NCBI GenBank assembly: GCA_000165425.1
Contig: CT868041.1
Location: forward strand, 558,001 to 622,000
Direction: 5' to 3'
Length of the DNA: 64,000 bases
From: Paramecium tetraurelia
Taxonomy: Eukaryota
Shown here: positions 13,812 through 26,600 of the stretch, piece after piece
Position numbering within the stretch: position 1 is the first letter of the stretch
Layout: every line of letters starts with the position of its first letter
Notes under the pieces: generated by a model
Database searches by the model: none
Seen by the model: only the letters and a program-made list of their open reading frames with translations
What the model was told of the DNA's origin: nothing
Translations under genes and position numbers: made by a program

Positions 13812-13818
13812 TTTTTTT
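13812..13818 (+). terminator. RNA polymerase III oligo-T terminator
   Basis: T7 run immediately downstream of the tRNA. Confidence 0.75.
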
Positions 13819-14123
13819 AATTTTTGTTTTATTAATAAATTGATATTTCTAATAAATCAAAAATAATAAAATTAATTAAAAAGCTTACATATGTTTAATT
13901 AATTAATTAATAAACTCATTTTAATCATGATATTAACTAGTCAATGAACGCTTATACAGAAAGAAAACACAAAATATGCAATCGTAATTATGGTTCTTCA
14001 TCATTATTTAAGCCACAAGGAATAGACAATAAAATAGTTTAAAACTATTTTTCTAAAGTATTATACGATTATTCGACTTGCTTACTACTCAGATGATAGA
14101 TACAATATATATCTGTACTTGTA

Positions 14124-15770
14124 ATGAAATCTGAAATTATATTTTTTATGATAAATTAAAAAAGCTTAGGCTCTTTGTAATTAATTCCTGAGAATTTCTA
14201 AAGAAGCTCAAAATCTTTAACCACAATAATTAGAAAACACATAAAAGAAGAGGAAAAGCGGGTCAGGCCAATTAAATTTCTCTTTGTAAATTAAGAAAAA
14301 AAGAACAAGTTAAACCTTGGAGAGGTTGAAAAATATGTAATTTTAATGTGTTAGCTTTATAGAAATCATTACTGAGAACAGGGGCTTCTTCATTCATTTT
14401 CTATATCTATAAAAATAAAGAGTGTTAAGATAATTTCTTCGATCCTCTATTAAGAACTGAAATAAAAGTTCCACTAATCGATACTACCTTATCTATTGGC
14501 ATTCATGTTTGGGATCATATTCATTATATAGATCATAAATCTATAAACGTCTATTAATTTTAATGCATTTTGGGTCGACAAGAGGATGAAAATAATGCAC
14601 TTCTATTTGTTGTTAGTTAATTAGCTAGCAAAATAGTAGTGATAATTGAAAATTGGAATCAGGAAGAAGTTGAGATCATAAAATAACTAAAGAATCATGG
14701 ATTTGGGGATTCGATAGATGTTTTCAATCTTCTATTTACAATAACATCTCCAATCTATTTTGATTTTGAGGAAGTTAGATACGTCAACCTCTATGAAAAT
14801 TACTTATAGGAGAAGGTATACAGTAATGAGAGATCATCGAAGGATACAATAAGATTATGGCAGGAGGAAACCTTAATGAGTCTCAATAAAAAAACATACA
14901 GAGATATAGAAGTGGATATTCTGACTGTTTTATCAGTAGTAAATTATTTAAAACAATCAAATTTTTAAGAGGAGAATTACGATTTGATGTAAACGTTTAA
15001 CTTATTTTTAGATTTATGAATGCGTTTAAAAAGTAAATAGAATATAGCAAAAAGGACATTTAAGAATAATATATATTAGAAATTTAGAAATTGTGTTCTA
15101 GCTCCAATCATTTCCAATAGAATTCTTTGCTTTCTACATTAAATTAGATTAGAAATAATGCACAGAGCTAGTTTTATTAACAGTTATCTTAATTTTATAA
15201 TTTAGAAGAATACAAAAGATAATAAATAGAACTATTTTAACTTATAAATAATATAGAAGAAGACTGTTTGAATTTATTTTATGATGTAGCTCATTAGTAA
15301 GAATCAACTATAATTCTAGTAATTTATTGTAGCGAATGAAACATAATATTAAGAGTTCTTAAAATAATAATGATACCTTTCTAAATCATTATTAACACTT
15401 CTTATCTATTTTAAGTAGCTTTGATGACGTAATGGGTGTAAAATACAAATATCTAAAGAAACACTTCAAGAAATAGTATAATAAATTAATTCAGTTCTAC
15501 ACATTAAGCACATATGAAAGAGAATAACGAGAATACATATAATAGGTGGAACTAGATTTAAGTCTATTACAAAGTTCTGTAGATTAAATCCAAAATGAAC
15601 TAGAAGACTTTGAGGATAAAATTAAGATAAGCTAATCGAAACACCATACTAGACAAAGCTCCTTATAAACAACAGCTTTGTGTCAGAGTTAACATTATGA
15701 GAGCCTTATAAAATTGAATTAGAAAGTAGAAACTCTTCAATCCCAACCTCATGTCAGAGTCAAACAATGA
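14124..15770 (+). CDS. Hypothetical protein, possibly a degenerate guanylate-binding-protein (GBP)-like fold with helical C-terminus
   Basis: RPIKFL, SIGIHVW and DENNALLFVVSQLASKIVV echo GBP motifs; coiled-coil tail; TGA at 15768-15770. The 5' end may extend to ~13940. Confidence 0.55.
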
Positions 15771-15842
15771 TATCTATATCTTTCATAATCTACTTATCTT
15801 TAGCATTAAATTACATAAAAATAAATAACTAAAATTAATTTT

Positions 15843-16491
15843 TCAATATTCTAGATCTCTTTTTTTGAATTAGTCCAGAATCGGCAATATAAATTTAAAT
15901 ACATTATTTAGGTCTTCTGTCTTTTTGCCTCCAGTGATCACACATCTACCACTTACAAATATTAACAGAGTTATTTTCTTCTGGTCTGTGATCTTCCTAA
16001 ATATCAATCCAGGGAATATCTCTGGTTCATATTATACGACAGGTCGATACTATTGATCTTTGGTGAATTCATCTAATTTAATAGGCTTTCTAAAGTCGAA
16101 ACTAGCTACAATGTTCTATATTGTGAAATTTTTGAACACAGCTGGAAATCCTAATTTTTGTATAATCTTTGCATATTTTCTAGCTGCAACTAAAGATTAA
16201 TCTTCTGATTTTGCTCCTGTACATACCATTTTTCCAGATTAAAAGATTAGAGCAGTAGTACTAGGGTTGTTTAATCTCATAATGACTGCTGAGAATCGCT
16301 TAGGATCTTGAATATTATAATAGATTACTATACTCGGCCATTCTTGCTCCATTTGATATTACTACTAAATTTAACTCTGTTCCAAGATCTACAGTGGATA
16401 CAACATTTTATATTTTTGGTGGATGTGTACTACGAATCAATTCTTCTAATCTTTCATTAATTTCTGGTGTTGTTTATAATTAATTCTTCAT
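15843..16491 (-). CDS. TBP: TATA-box binding protein
   Basis: QNVVST, AEYNPKRFSAVIMR, LIFQSGKMVCTGAKS, QNIVAS, YEPEIFPGLIFR, LIFVSGRCVITG. One 22-nt intron at 16307-16328. Confidence 0.97.
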
Positions 16492-16582
16492 CGAATATTT
16501 ATAAAATTTATCTATTTATGTTTAATAAAATTAAGACCTAAAATTAAGCAATAATTGTAATTAATATTAAATATCATTATAA

Positions 16583-17920
16583 TCAAGAAACTTAATAATC
16601 TTAAACCTAATTAGATCTTACAGAGTTTGTAACTTATCGAACTTAGCTAGTAGTTTATTTGACAGAAACAAATTTAAATCCTTTTCCACTCCTGATTGCT
16701 TCATTCTAAGCTTCTGCCATTTATGTTTCGTCCTGGATATCAGTTATTCTCGAATTCAATTGCATCACTTTTTATCTGAGTTGTTATAATTATAAATCAT
16801 ATTCTCTCGTAGCTTCTGTAGCTGGATCATGTTAGTACATGAGATCATTCAGTTTATTTCTCAGAATTACTACAGAATTCATTTTCATTCTTTAAATGTG
16901 TTCTAAATGTCCAACTTCCAATTGCAATTATTCAATCTAAACTTAATAATAAATTATTACTTTTTGAGTGTCTTCTGATTTCGTAGGCAAATCCTTCCTT
17001 TGTTTTTTTTCATTAATTTTCTCCCATAATTAATACATTTTCTATTCTAATTGAAAAACTTGATGTCTCCAATATAGCTCAATTTCCTCCTAACTGTATT
17101 AGGATTTCCCATCTTTGTTTACTACCTTATATTAAACAGTTTATAAGAATGATGGAATAAAATTTTAAGCTGAATATTGAGTTTATAGAGAGTAGGCTTA
17201 TTTCAACGCTTCATATTGTTCCATTTACTCTTAGTATTAGGCTTGTAATTACGAATAGGCTAAATTGTGTTGTTGCATTTCCTCAGTTTGTTTATAATAC
17301 TTTTCAGCCCATTCTTTTTATTTCAATAGTAATTCTTGTTAGACTAGCTGAGATTATTACAGTTATTAATTTAATTATGCGCTAATGTTTGTTTAATTGA
17401 TTTGAGCTTGTTAAATTTAAGGTTGAAATTGATATTACTATTAAATAGGTGGAATTTGTTATTAGTAAATTGCCTACTGTATGACATTAGATTGAGAATT
17501 GATAGCGATAGGAGATTGTTACTGTTGAACAGGAGCTTGCTAGAAAATCACTGGGGACTGCTGAACCAATATTGGTGATTTCTACTAAATTATTGGGGGG
17601 GTATTGATGACTTAAGGAGCTATTGGCATTACTCTAGGAGGAGTTATTGCTTATTGTTGCCTTAATTACATAGGTGATAAAGCAACACCTTCTATTACTT
17701 TTTGAGAGACTATTCTCTCGGGAGTAGTATACACAACTAACAATTATTAATATTGCTTACCTCTTCCTCGAACTTATTATCCTGCCATTGCATGAGTTTG
17801 CTAAACAAAATTAGATTCTGTTTATGAAGAATGTTCTCCAGATTGACATAGAGGACACTAGGGTTCAAATTAATCAGAGTAGTAAGTGTATACTCCAACT
17901 TGTTGTGATGGCAATTGCAT
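16583..17920 (-). CDS. Hypothetical Q/P-rich plus coiled-coil protein
   Basis: Starts MQLPSQQVGV; Q/P/V-rich N-terminal half and heptad-rich C-terminal half; TGA at 16583-16585. Confidence 0.7.
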
Positions 17921-18103
17921 AAATTTATTTATGAATAAGAGAAATAAATTTTATCATAGTTATTTTAAAATTTATTTTTTCTTTATTCATATATCAAATA
18001 TTCAGTGGTTTTACGGTCCAAATTTCAGAATTTAAGAATACAAGAGAGTTATTCTCCTTTTTTATCTTCGTATTATTATATTATTATTAATATAATTATA
18101 AAT

Positions 18104-19119
18104 ATGCTTGGGTAGCTACATTCGAAATATGAAATTGATGATTTATTCAGAAAAATTATTGAGGATAAGTATGAACTCATGTAAAGAACCAAAGCTGATA
18201 ATCCGAATTTACTTTTGCCTAAGGATTTTAGCAAATTCATTACTGAAAGATTATTTATGGATTTTTTACTTACAATCTATGATTATTGTGTAGAACTACA
18301 CAAATTAGAAAAGAAATAATCCATTTTAGATTAATAAAGCAAAGAACGAACTGGAATAGCCCCCAAATTGTTATCATCTGAAACAGACAAAATTAATTAA
18401 AAATTAAAGGAGATATCTGAAATCTACTCTAGAATACTTTTAAAAAAAGGAAGTTATAATATCATCATCAAGGATTAAAAATTCTTTGAGACCTTAATTT
18501 ATTTTATTACACAAGTAAAATAAAATCAACATCAATTAGGTATTAAAGGAAGTCTTTGATAAAAGTGAGTATAAATATATAGAGGAAGAGATCAATAGGA
18601 TTTTTAGAACCAATCCATTCAATTTATTAAAGAGAAAACACATAAACGAGAAAATAGAGCAAAGACATTATGGGGCAAGAGATTATAAAGGTGTCAAGCA
18701 CGACTTCAATCCGGATGATGATTTGTCAAAGAATGAGTTAATACAAAGAATTTTAACAAGAAAGGGTATGCCAAAAGTATTAAAATCTAATATCGTAGAG
18801 CATAGATAGAGAAATGATGGTTGAAAAATCAAATTTAAAACCTTTCTTTATAAAATCAACTAGGTGTGCAGCCATCAAAGCCAGATCTCCATTGATTGCT
18901 ATTATGTTCCCTTCAGCCAAAGAGAGACTGTTTCAAATGGAAAACGAAAGAAAATAACTGGCTACAAAATACACTCAAAAATAAAGATTAGTTAAGGACT
19001 AAGTAGAAATGTGGATTCAAGACTTTGAAAATAGACAAGCAAGAGTGAAAAGTGAACATGAACATACTCTTGATAAATCAAAAATAAACAAAAAGGGATC
19101 CTAATCTTTTTATTAATGA
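18104..19119 (+). CDS. PPP1R36-like (PP1 inhibitor, PPPI_inhib family) protein
   Basis: LSEIYSRILL, KDQKFFETL, IEEEINRIFRTNPFN and RSPLIAIMFP resemble PPP1R36 conserved blocks (recalled, not searched). Confidence 0.6.
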
Positions 19120-19797
19120 TCAATTACTAAAAGTTTAAATATTAATATCGGTTTCATTATTATATTTGGAATTTATAATATCAGAAATATTAATATTAAC
19201 ATTTTTCTCAAGCACCAGTATTCCAGTGATTTATTTAAGTTTCCTCAAAAAGCAACCAAAAAGAAGGAATTTTTAGCACTCTTATTTCAGGAATTATTTA
19301 TATTTTTAAATTAAAGCGAATGTGGTAGAAGATCACTTTTTATAAAGTTCAAATATTTGATTTCTTATCACATCATGTCAATAAAATTTTCTTAATTTTT
19401 TATCAAAATGATAACTTACCGGGATATTAATTTGAACAACAAAATTTAATATTTTTTTAATGGCCATAATGTTTCTCTAATGAAAAATACAAATTCAGAC
19501 AAGAAGACTTATTATCTTTAATTTTGAGAATCATAAGAAACTTTAAACTAGTATTTAACTTAATTACCTTAGAATAAAAAATATATGAATTATTAAAAAG
19601 TTTATATCATTTTTTATAAATGAATTCGAATGTTCCCTCTTTTTGAAAGCAAATTAAAATACTCTAGCCCAAGAATAAACTTAACTAGAGAGTATTAGAA
19701 TCTGAATTTCTGCTATCTCTGAATACATAAGGTTTCTTTATTAATACTAAACAAAAATACTGAATGTTTATATAATATTAAAGAATAGATAATACAA

Positions 19798-20064
19798 TCA
19801 ATTGATTTCCCTTTCATGAGGTTATTTTCTAGATCTTAGAATAGAATTGGCCTAGATTTCCAATTGCGGAACAAGGTGAGTAATTTCATTAGATAAATTT
19901 TTGCATTTCTCCTCTTGTAATATGATTGAAACTTCTCTTGTCCTCCCATATTTTTTTTTAAGCTTGTACTTTTGAATTTAGATGGATTCACAAGCTCTTT
20001 CATGACTTAATGTATCAAGAGCATTTTCTTATTCTTTCACTTCAACACTGATACTGCACCCCAT
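19798..20064 (-). CDS. Small 88-aa protein with N-terminal MGC acylation motif
   Basis: Intronless MGCSISVEV...NSILRSRKQPHEREIN* (267 nt). Confidence 0.65.
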
Positions 20065-20399
20065 TTTATTAAAATATTAATAACTGGAAGGTTAAATTCC
20101 TCAGTTTAGAATCTTAATTAAATATGACATCATTGTAATATTCTTTTACAAATAAATTTTGTTTTTCCATATTCTTTCATTCTAAGCCCTTCATTATAGA
20201 TGGACTAAGCGATACCTCAACTTAGGAGTAAGACCCTAACGAATCAAAATTTAAGTTGTATATTATAATACTGAAGCAATTCAAAAATTAAATCATAATT
20301 TGACAAAAAGCATTAATTAAAAATTCAGCATGTTTCATTCTTAGTAATTTCAAATAAATAACATAAATAAAAGTTTATATAACAAATAACATAATATTT

Positions 20400-21416
20400 T
20401 CAAGCATATATTTTCCTTATAAATTCCCGTTCCTATTCATTCAATTTGACAGGCATTTTTACAATGAATTTTATGTACAAATCACATTTAACACTTGGGA
20501 GTTGATGAATAGGCATACCCTCCTGAGCTATTTATTTGACCTAATCGAGGTGAAAAATAATGAAATACTTCAAATGGTTGGATGATTTTCTGCTTTTTTC
20601 AACTTCAACATAATGATTGTCCAAATGCTTAACTCTTTTAAGAAAATTTCCATATCCATGTATAAATCGATGCCCTTTCTTTCAAATAGAGGATGTTTCA
20701 TTTATCTTAAATAAAAGATGACATCTCCTGGGAAATAATCAGGACTTTATTCGCTTTCTCTTTGAAAACAATGGTTTATCCATCAGTCATGTCTTTTTCG
20801 ACTTCAATTTAGAGAGTCTTAGATGTTTATTAGACTCTATTTCCTCTGCAATTGGCTCAATTCCCTGAACTAATTTTGCATCTGCCTCCACATTTATCGC
20901 ATGTAGTTTGCATTTAGACAGCGAATCCTATACCCATATTGACATTTTGCATTCTTTAACCTCTACCATTACAATGCTTGCAAATTTTCAATGTTCCATC
21001 TTTTGATCCAGTTTCTTTACACTATTTGCATAAATTTTCTTTTGTAAAGTAAATTCTCTATCAGTACCATTATACAATTCTTCTAGGGTGACTTGATTTT
21101 CTGCTTAACCATTAGGACCCTTAGGTCTATTAGTATTGTGGATTCGTAAGACCTTCTTCGCCGTAGCTAGAGAGACTTACAAATCATAGATCATTTTTTT
21201 TTCAGGATCTGTTAGTATTTCATAGGCTTTGTTGATGTCTTAGAATCTTTTGGTGGCTTGCTTGTCTCCTGGATTTTTATCTGGATTATATGTTACAGAG
21301 AGCTTTCTAAAGGCCTTCTTGATATCATTGTCACTGGCTTCTGGTGACAATTCTAGTAATTTGTAATAGTCTTAAGGAGAAATGATAGTTAGAAGAATGA
21401 ATAAATACACGTACAT
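20400..21416 (-). pseudogene. DnaJ/Hsp40 pseudogene (signal peptide, J domain, Zn finger)
   Basis: J domain DYYKLL...DIKKAFRKLS with HPD changed to NPD; frameshift before CKQC; TGA replacing a Zn-finger Cys at 20857-20859; frameshift before ESEQSPDYFPGDV. 3' end approximate. Confidence 0.85.
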
Positions 21417-21453
21417 ATATTTTAAATGATAATATTTTTGGGTCCACTCATAA

Positions 21454-23139
21454 TCATCTTTATCGATTATCCTTTGTAATAACTCTTTCTTCTACAACTG
21501 CCTGTTATGCTGGTATCATCATGTAGTATTGCATTTGCATAGTTTGCATTTACAGTTATCTTTAATAAGCCACTATAAATAAGGAAAAGATAATTAGTAT
21601 AAGAGTTAAATTTACCTTATTCATCTGGAGTTCTAAACTCTGGCATAGTTTACTAGGGAGCCATTTCATTGTTGGTTATTTAATAATTAGCTAAAGCATT
21701 CGGAGGGTTGATCAACAAGGGTCTAAGTTAAATATTTTAGTTTACGTTGGTATATTGATGGTGCTGGGATCTACACAAGTTTTAGCAAAGTAAGCTCTAT
21801 TTATTATCACAAATTAATTACTTTTTAGCTCCTTCTAATAGTGTTTCGATTTCTCTGATGGCAATGTTCAGTTATTCCTCAGTACCACTTAAAACAAATG
21901 CCTTGTGATCTGGTCTGACTTGATAATCAGGACTTTAAGTGATGGCAACAAAGGCACCACTTCTTTCGCTGATTGCTTTGATAGTCACTCCTTTTTTGCC
22001 GATGATTAGTGCTACAAATTAATCATGTACTTGGAATTCAATTTTCTTAGCACCAGGAGCAGTCCTGACTTTTCTCTGAGTATCAATAATTTCTTATAAC
22101 AAACCCTAGCATTTTTTCACACAATCGGGATCACCAACAATAAATACATTTCTTGTTTGAGACCCAGGAGCAGAATCAGCAGCCACTTATACATTCTTGC
22201 ATCCAGATTTCTCTTTCAATTATTAAATTGTTTCTCCTTTTACTCCAATCACTAATCCTACAAACTCATTCGGCACTGGATAAACATAAGCATCCTTGCT
22301 AGGGGGTCCATAGGGAGTTGTCATAGATAAATCACTTGGATCCCCACCTCCAGTTTATGCTATCGGTTGAGCTGTCGTTGGAGTCTATTACGATTAAGCA
22401 ATTAATTTCATTTATTCCTATCTATATCTTTGTACTATTAATCTAATATCATTCTTACATTCGTCAGCATCAGCCAATAATATTCTTTCTATTCTATCAC
22501 ATGCATTTGCTGCTTATTATGGAGTTTCTGCAACCACTAAAACATGCAAATCTTCATCATCATCAGGTTGAGGAGGCTATTCCGGCTTTTAAGATCCTCT
22601 GCCTCTAACCAATATTTTGGCTCCTGTTTCTTCTTCCAATTTTTTTTGACTCACTCCCTTGGGTCCAATAATCAGACCAATATAATTGAATGACAGATCA
22701 GGAGGAATCTTAATCTTTCTTCTTACTTTTGTTGGGTCATTAAGCATTTTTAATATTGTCGGATTCATACCAGGTACCTTACATAACTATTTACTCTTAC
22801 AAATGTGTATTGCATCTATGTTTACATCGTATGGGACTATGGGACAATCAAAGCTTGAGCAGCTAAAATATTTTAATATCTTCTACTTTGTGGTGTTGCA
22901 GAAGTTTTTGGATTATTGTACATATCTCTCAAAAAATCATCTGTATTTCCTGTTTTGGGTTATGAAGCTACTCCCCAACCTGTTGATCTCCCTAAGCCAG
23001 TCTCTACCTTCTTTCTATCTCTTTCTTTTGATTTCGATTATTTTTTCTCTTTTGATCTTGATCTTTGCTTCTCCTTAGATTTAGATCTATTCTTCTTTTT
23101 GGGGGTCCTCGACCTTGATTATTTTTTTCCTTTTCCCAT
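21454..23139 (-). CDS. SF1/BBP-like KH(-QUA2) protein with two additional KH domains and an RS/K-rich N-terminus
   Basis: [32 protein letters not shown]...EDLHVLV, then [11 protein letters not shown] and [11 protein letters not shown]. Confidence 0.8.
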
Positions 23140-23696
23140 ATATTTTTATTTAAATTTTGCTTTATATTTAATATAAATTTAGATATTCAACTCCTTTTTT
23201 TTATTCAAATTTGCCATTCCTCTCTAAATTAAGTGCAATTCTTAATTGCTTTACTTGTCTACTAAATTAATTCAAAATATTATATATAATTATTAAATGC
23301 TTCATTACTATTTCTATATATACATGAATGTTAAAAATTTGATTTATTTTTATTGTATTAATCTAAATAAATATTCAAATTATTTATCAACTATTAAGAA
23401 CATCAATTTAGTAATAAAAATGATTATAATTTATGACTAATCCTTTATTTTTCAATTTATGGAATACCTTTTGTAGATAAAGGCAACTAATTATATTAAA
23501 TAAAATAGATAATACTCTTTATCAGACCAAATATTTTACCCAAAATTTAATTATTTTTTATATATTTTCATCACAGAAGTAAAAAATAGCCATACTCTCC
23601 AATGTAGTATAATTTATGCAAATGCGATTAATTCTTATTTATATAATAATTGGTCTAAAAGAGATATCAGTAAATTAATAAAAATAATACTAAATT

Positions 23697-26600
23697 ATGA
23701 ATACGTAAAAACTTCCTTATTTGCAATCTCCAAAGAGACCTGAGACGAAAGGGAAATAAAAATCACTTACCTTGAATTTAAATATCAAGGATTCTCCACA
23801 AGACATATCAACATTTCGAACAACAACTCAAAGGAAATCACACTTGCAATTGCCACAATCAGATAGAGTTAAAACCTATTCTGATGTTTCGTATCTCAAT
23901 TTCAGAAATATTCCCTCGCACAAACATTCTTCCTCGACAACAACAGTACCCTTAAGCAATATTGCAAGGGATCCGTAATTATACGAATTTGTAAAATTAT
24001 CGGTTTTATTGTAGCATAACTAAGCTAGCAAAACCAACATATATGCATCAATTATTAAAGAAAATGTAAAAGGGACCTTTATAGAGAATCCTACAGAATT
24101 AAAAATGAATGATAAAACAATTGATTTTTCTCCTTTACTCCAAAACATCAAGATACATTAATTTAAATACTATCTATAGTCAATTTTACAATAAGAATGC
24201 AAAACTATCTTTGATTCTAAATGCCCTCCGAATCGATAGCAAGCTATTGATCTATTGATGTGGTTTGATAAAATGATTTAAACTTTGAACACTGAAAATT
24301 TATTATTAATAACAGACTTAACAAATTAATTATAATTAGTCTACTAAACTTGCATACATGAATTAGCCAGACAAGTATCATTTGAGTGCAAAGAAAGAGG
24401 AACTTTATTATTAATCATCTGGAATTCATTTGTATCTTTTATTGAAATGCTAATAAATAATGTAGCTGTGAATTTTGAAGAAATGGAAACATCATAAATA
24501 AACACTGTCTAAAGAATCTAGAGGACCCATTAAACTTTAGTATAACAATTGCAATAAGAAATTAATCAATTAAAATAATAAATAGAATAATTAGAGGTTG
24601 AAAAGTCAGATTTGAGCAATAAAAATATATATCTAGCAAAAAAGAACTTATAATTGACAAATGAAATCAAAATTTTGAGCACTGAATTGGATGAAATGAC
24701 TTATGTTCATAACAAGGTTTCCAATGAGTTACTTCAAACTAAATTACAAATAGAAACTAACTCCTCCCTCTAAACTTAAGCCACCACAAAAATTAAAATT
24801 GGAATTCAAGAAGGCTAATCAGTCGTAGCACATCTGTTATCAATGAAAAACACAATGTATTCTAAATTACAAAAGAAAACCTCTATTCAATTTGAGAAAG
24901 TTGAATAACTAAGAGAGGATGAAGAATATTTTAAGTCAGGACTATCCAAAACAGATATCGATTAATTGAATTCTACATTTTAATACTAAAACATGTTGAA
25001 ATAACAATCAAAGGCGATAATCCCTATTATTACAGAAGATAGTATTTATTTATAATTAACATTATTATAGAGGATGTTTAAACTGATTAATCATTTTCGT
25101 TCTTAAAAGATCAGATTGAAGATTTATTTAATCAAACATAGACTGATAATTAATCAGATAAGTAATAATTATTACCACATTTTAGTCAGAATTCCAAAAA
25201 TTAGATAATGTAGAATTATAAAGAAAAGTTAATCCAAGTATTACACCTCTGTAATAATAATTAGAGGGAACAAGAAGTAGAATTAAAAAACAAATTTATT
25301 GAATAAATGTTAGAATTGCAAGAACATAAGGTCAATGCTAAGTATTATGAACAAACTTTGTAAGAAGCAACTCAAGAATTCATAGAACTACTTAAAAAAA
25401 AAAAATAGAAAATAAAGAAACTCAAGAAAAGCTAAACTTAACTGTAAAATCGTTTAAATTCAAGTAAAATTAAATAGTATTTTTTTCAAGTGCAAAGTGA
25501 AAGTGGTTCTCCTAAATAAGATATGCCATAAACACTTATCACTTAATCTGAAATGAAGGCTCCTTCATTTAGAAACTCTATAATCATAAATTAATAAGCT
25601 GCTTTATAGGAGGATATTATTGAAAGTGATGAATAAAATGAAGAAGATTCAATTATTCATAATTAATAATAATAAGAAAATTATAAAGAATCAAACTTTG
25701 ATTAAGATCAATTTAATAATTAATAATAAAATGCAATTAAAGAGGAACTTAGCCTTATTAAGAATAATATATAAGAGGAAGATTATCCATCTAATCCAGA
25801 CATATAGGACAATTAAATTTAAGAATCTGGTAATTTGAAGGATTAGGTGGATAATAATGAAATCAATCAACTGTAAGAACCAAATACTTAGCATTCTTAA
25901 AATAAGAAAAATATAAACAGTAGCATTAGGAGAAAATTTAGTAAAAGAAGTTAAAGTAAATAAAACATTGAAGAGGTAGAATCTTAGAATTAGGTATAGA
26001 AAACTATATCTCCTATAAAAAATTCTCAAAATAAAAAATCCATATAAATAAGGAGCTTATCAGTTATTAAAGATTTAGATGATGAACCTAAATAGTAATA
26101 TTTGAAAAGAAAGCATTCTAAAGTTATAAAATAATCACAATAACAATCTAATAGCACTTTAAATGCTCTTGATTAATCAAGCGATGTTAATGATAGTGAA
26201 AATCTATCATTAATTTCTAGTGATGACTTATCAGAAAAAACAAAGGATGATGAGATTAAGAAAATAAGAAGCCTAGTATCATAGTATGGAGGAGTCAACA
26301 TTTAGAAAAGAAGGTTCACAAAACCAATGGCATTTAAATTATCTTTATTATCTGATTAAAAAAAGGAGAGAAGAGTCAAAAGGGTTTATAGTCAAAATAC
26401 AGATGCTGCAAATTAATTATTACATGAAGTTATGAATGTTAAACTCAAAAAACATAAGGATTCAATAATACCAATTTCCTCGATTATCAAAATATTTAAC
26501 ACCATCATCTCTGATACTGCCAAAAATTAAGAAGGATACAAAATTCCATTACATGTCAGCATTTATGATTTCTTCCTCAAAAAGTATGGGTTTAAAAATG

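Noticed and set aside
17931..17990. Imperfect inverted repeat in a divergent promoter
   Set aside because: It is almost entirely A/T with indels, which is expected by chance at this base composition.
20857..20859. In-frame TGA at a Cys position as possible selenocysteine
   Set aside because: The same gene has frameshifts and an HPD loss, and no SECIS was recognised; pseudogenisation is the simpler explanation.
22686..23176. Hydrophobic plus-strand ORFs (likewise 914-1171, 25691-26029, 47820-48059, 49862-50134, 55352-55549)
   Set aside because: These are antisense to real K/E/Q-rich or conserved genes; AT-rich antisense frames mimic TM proteins.
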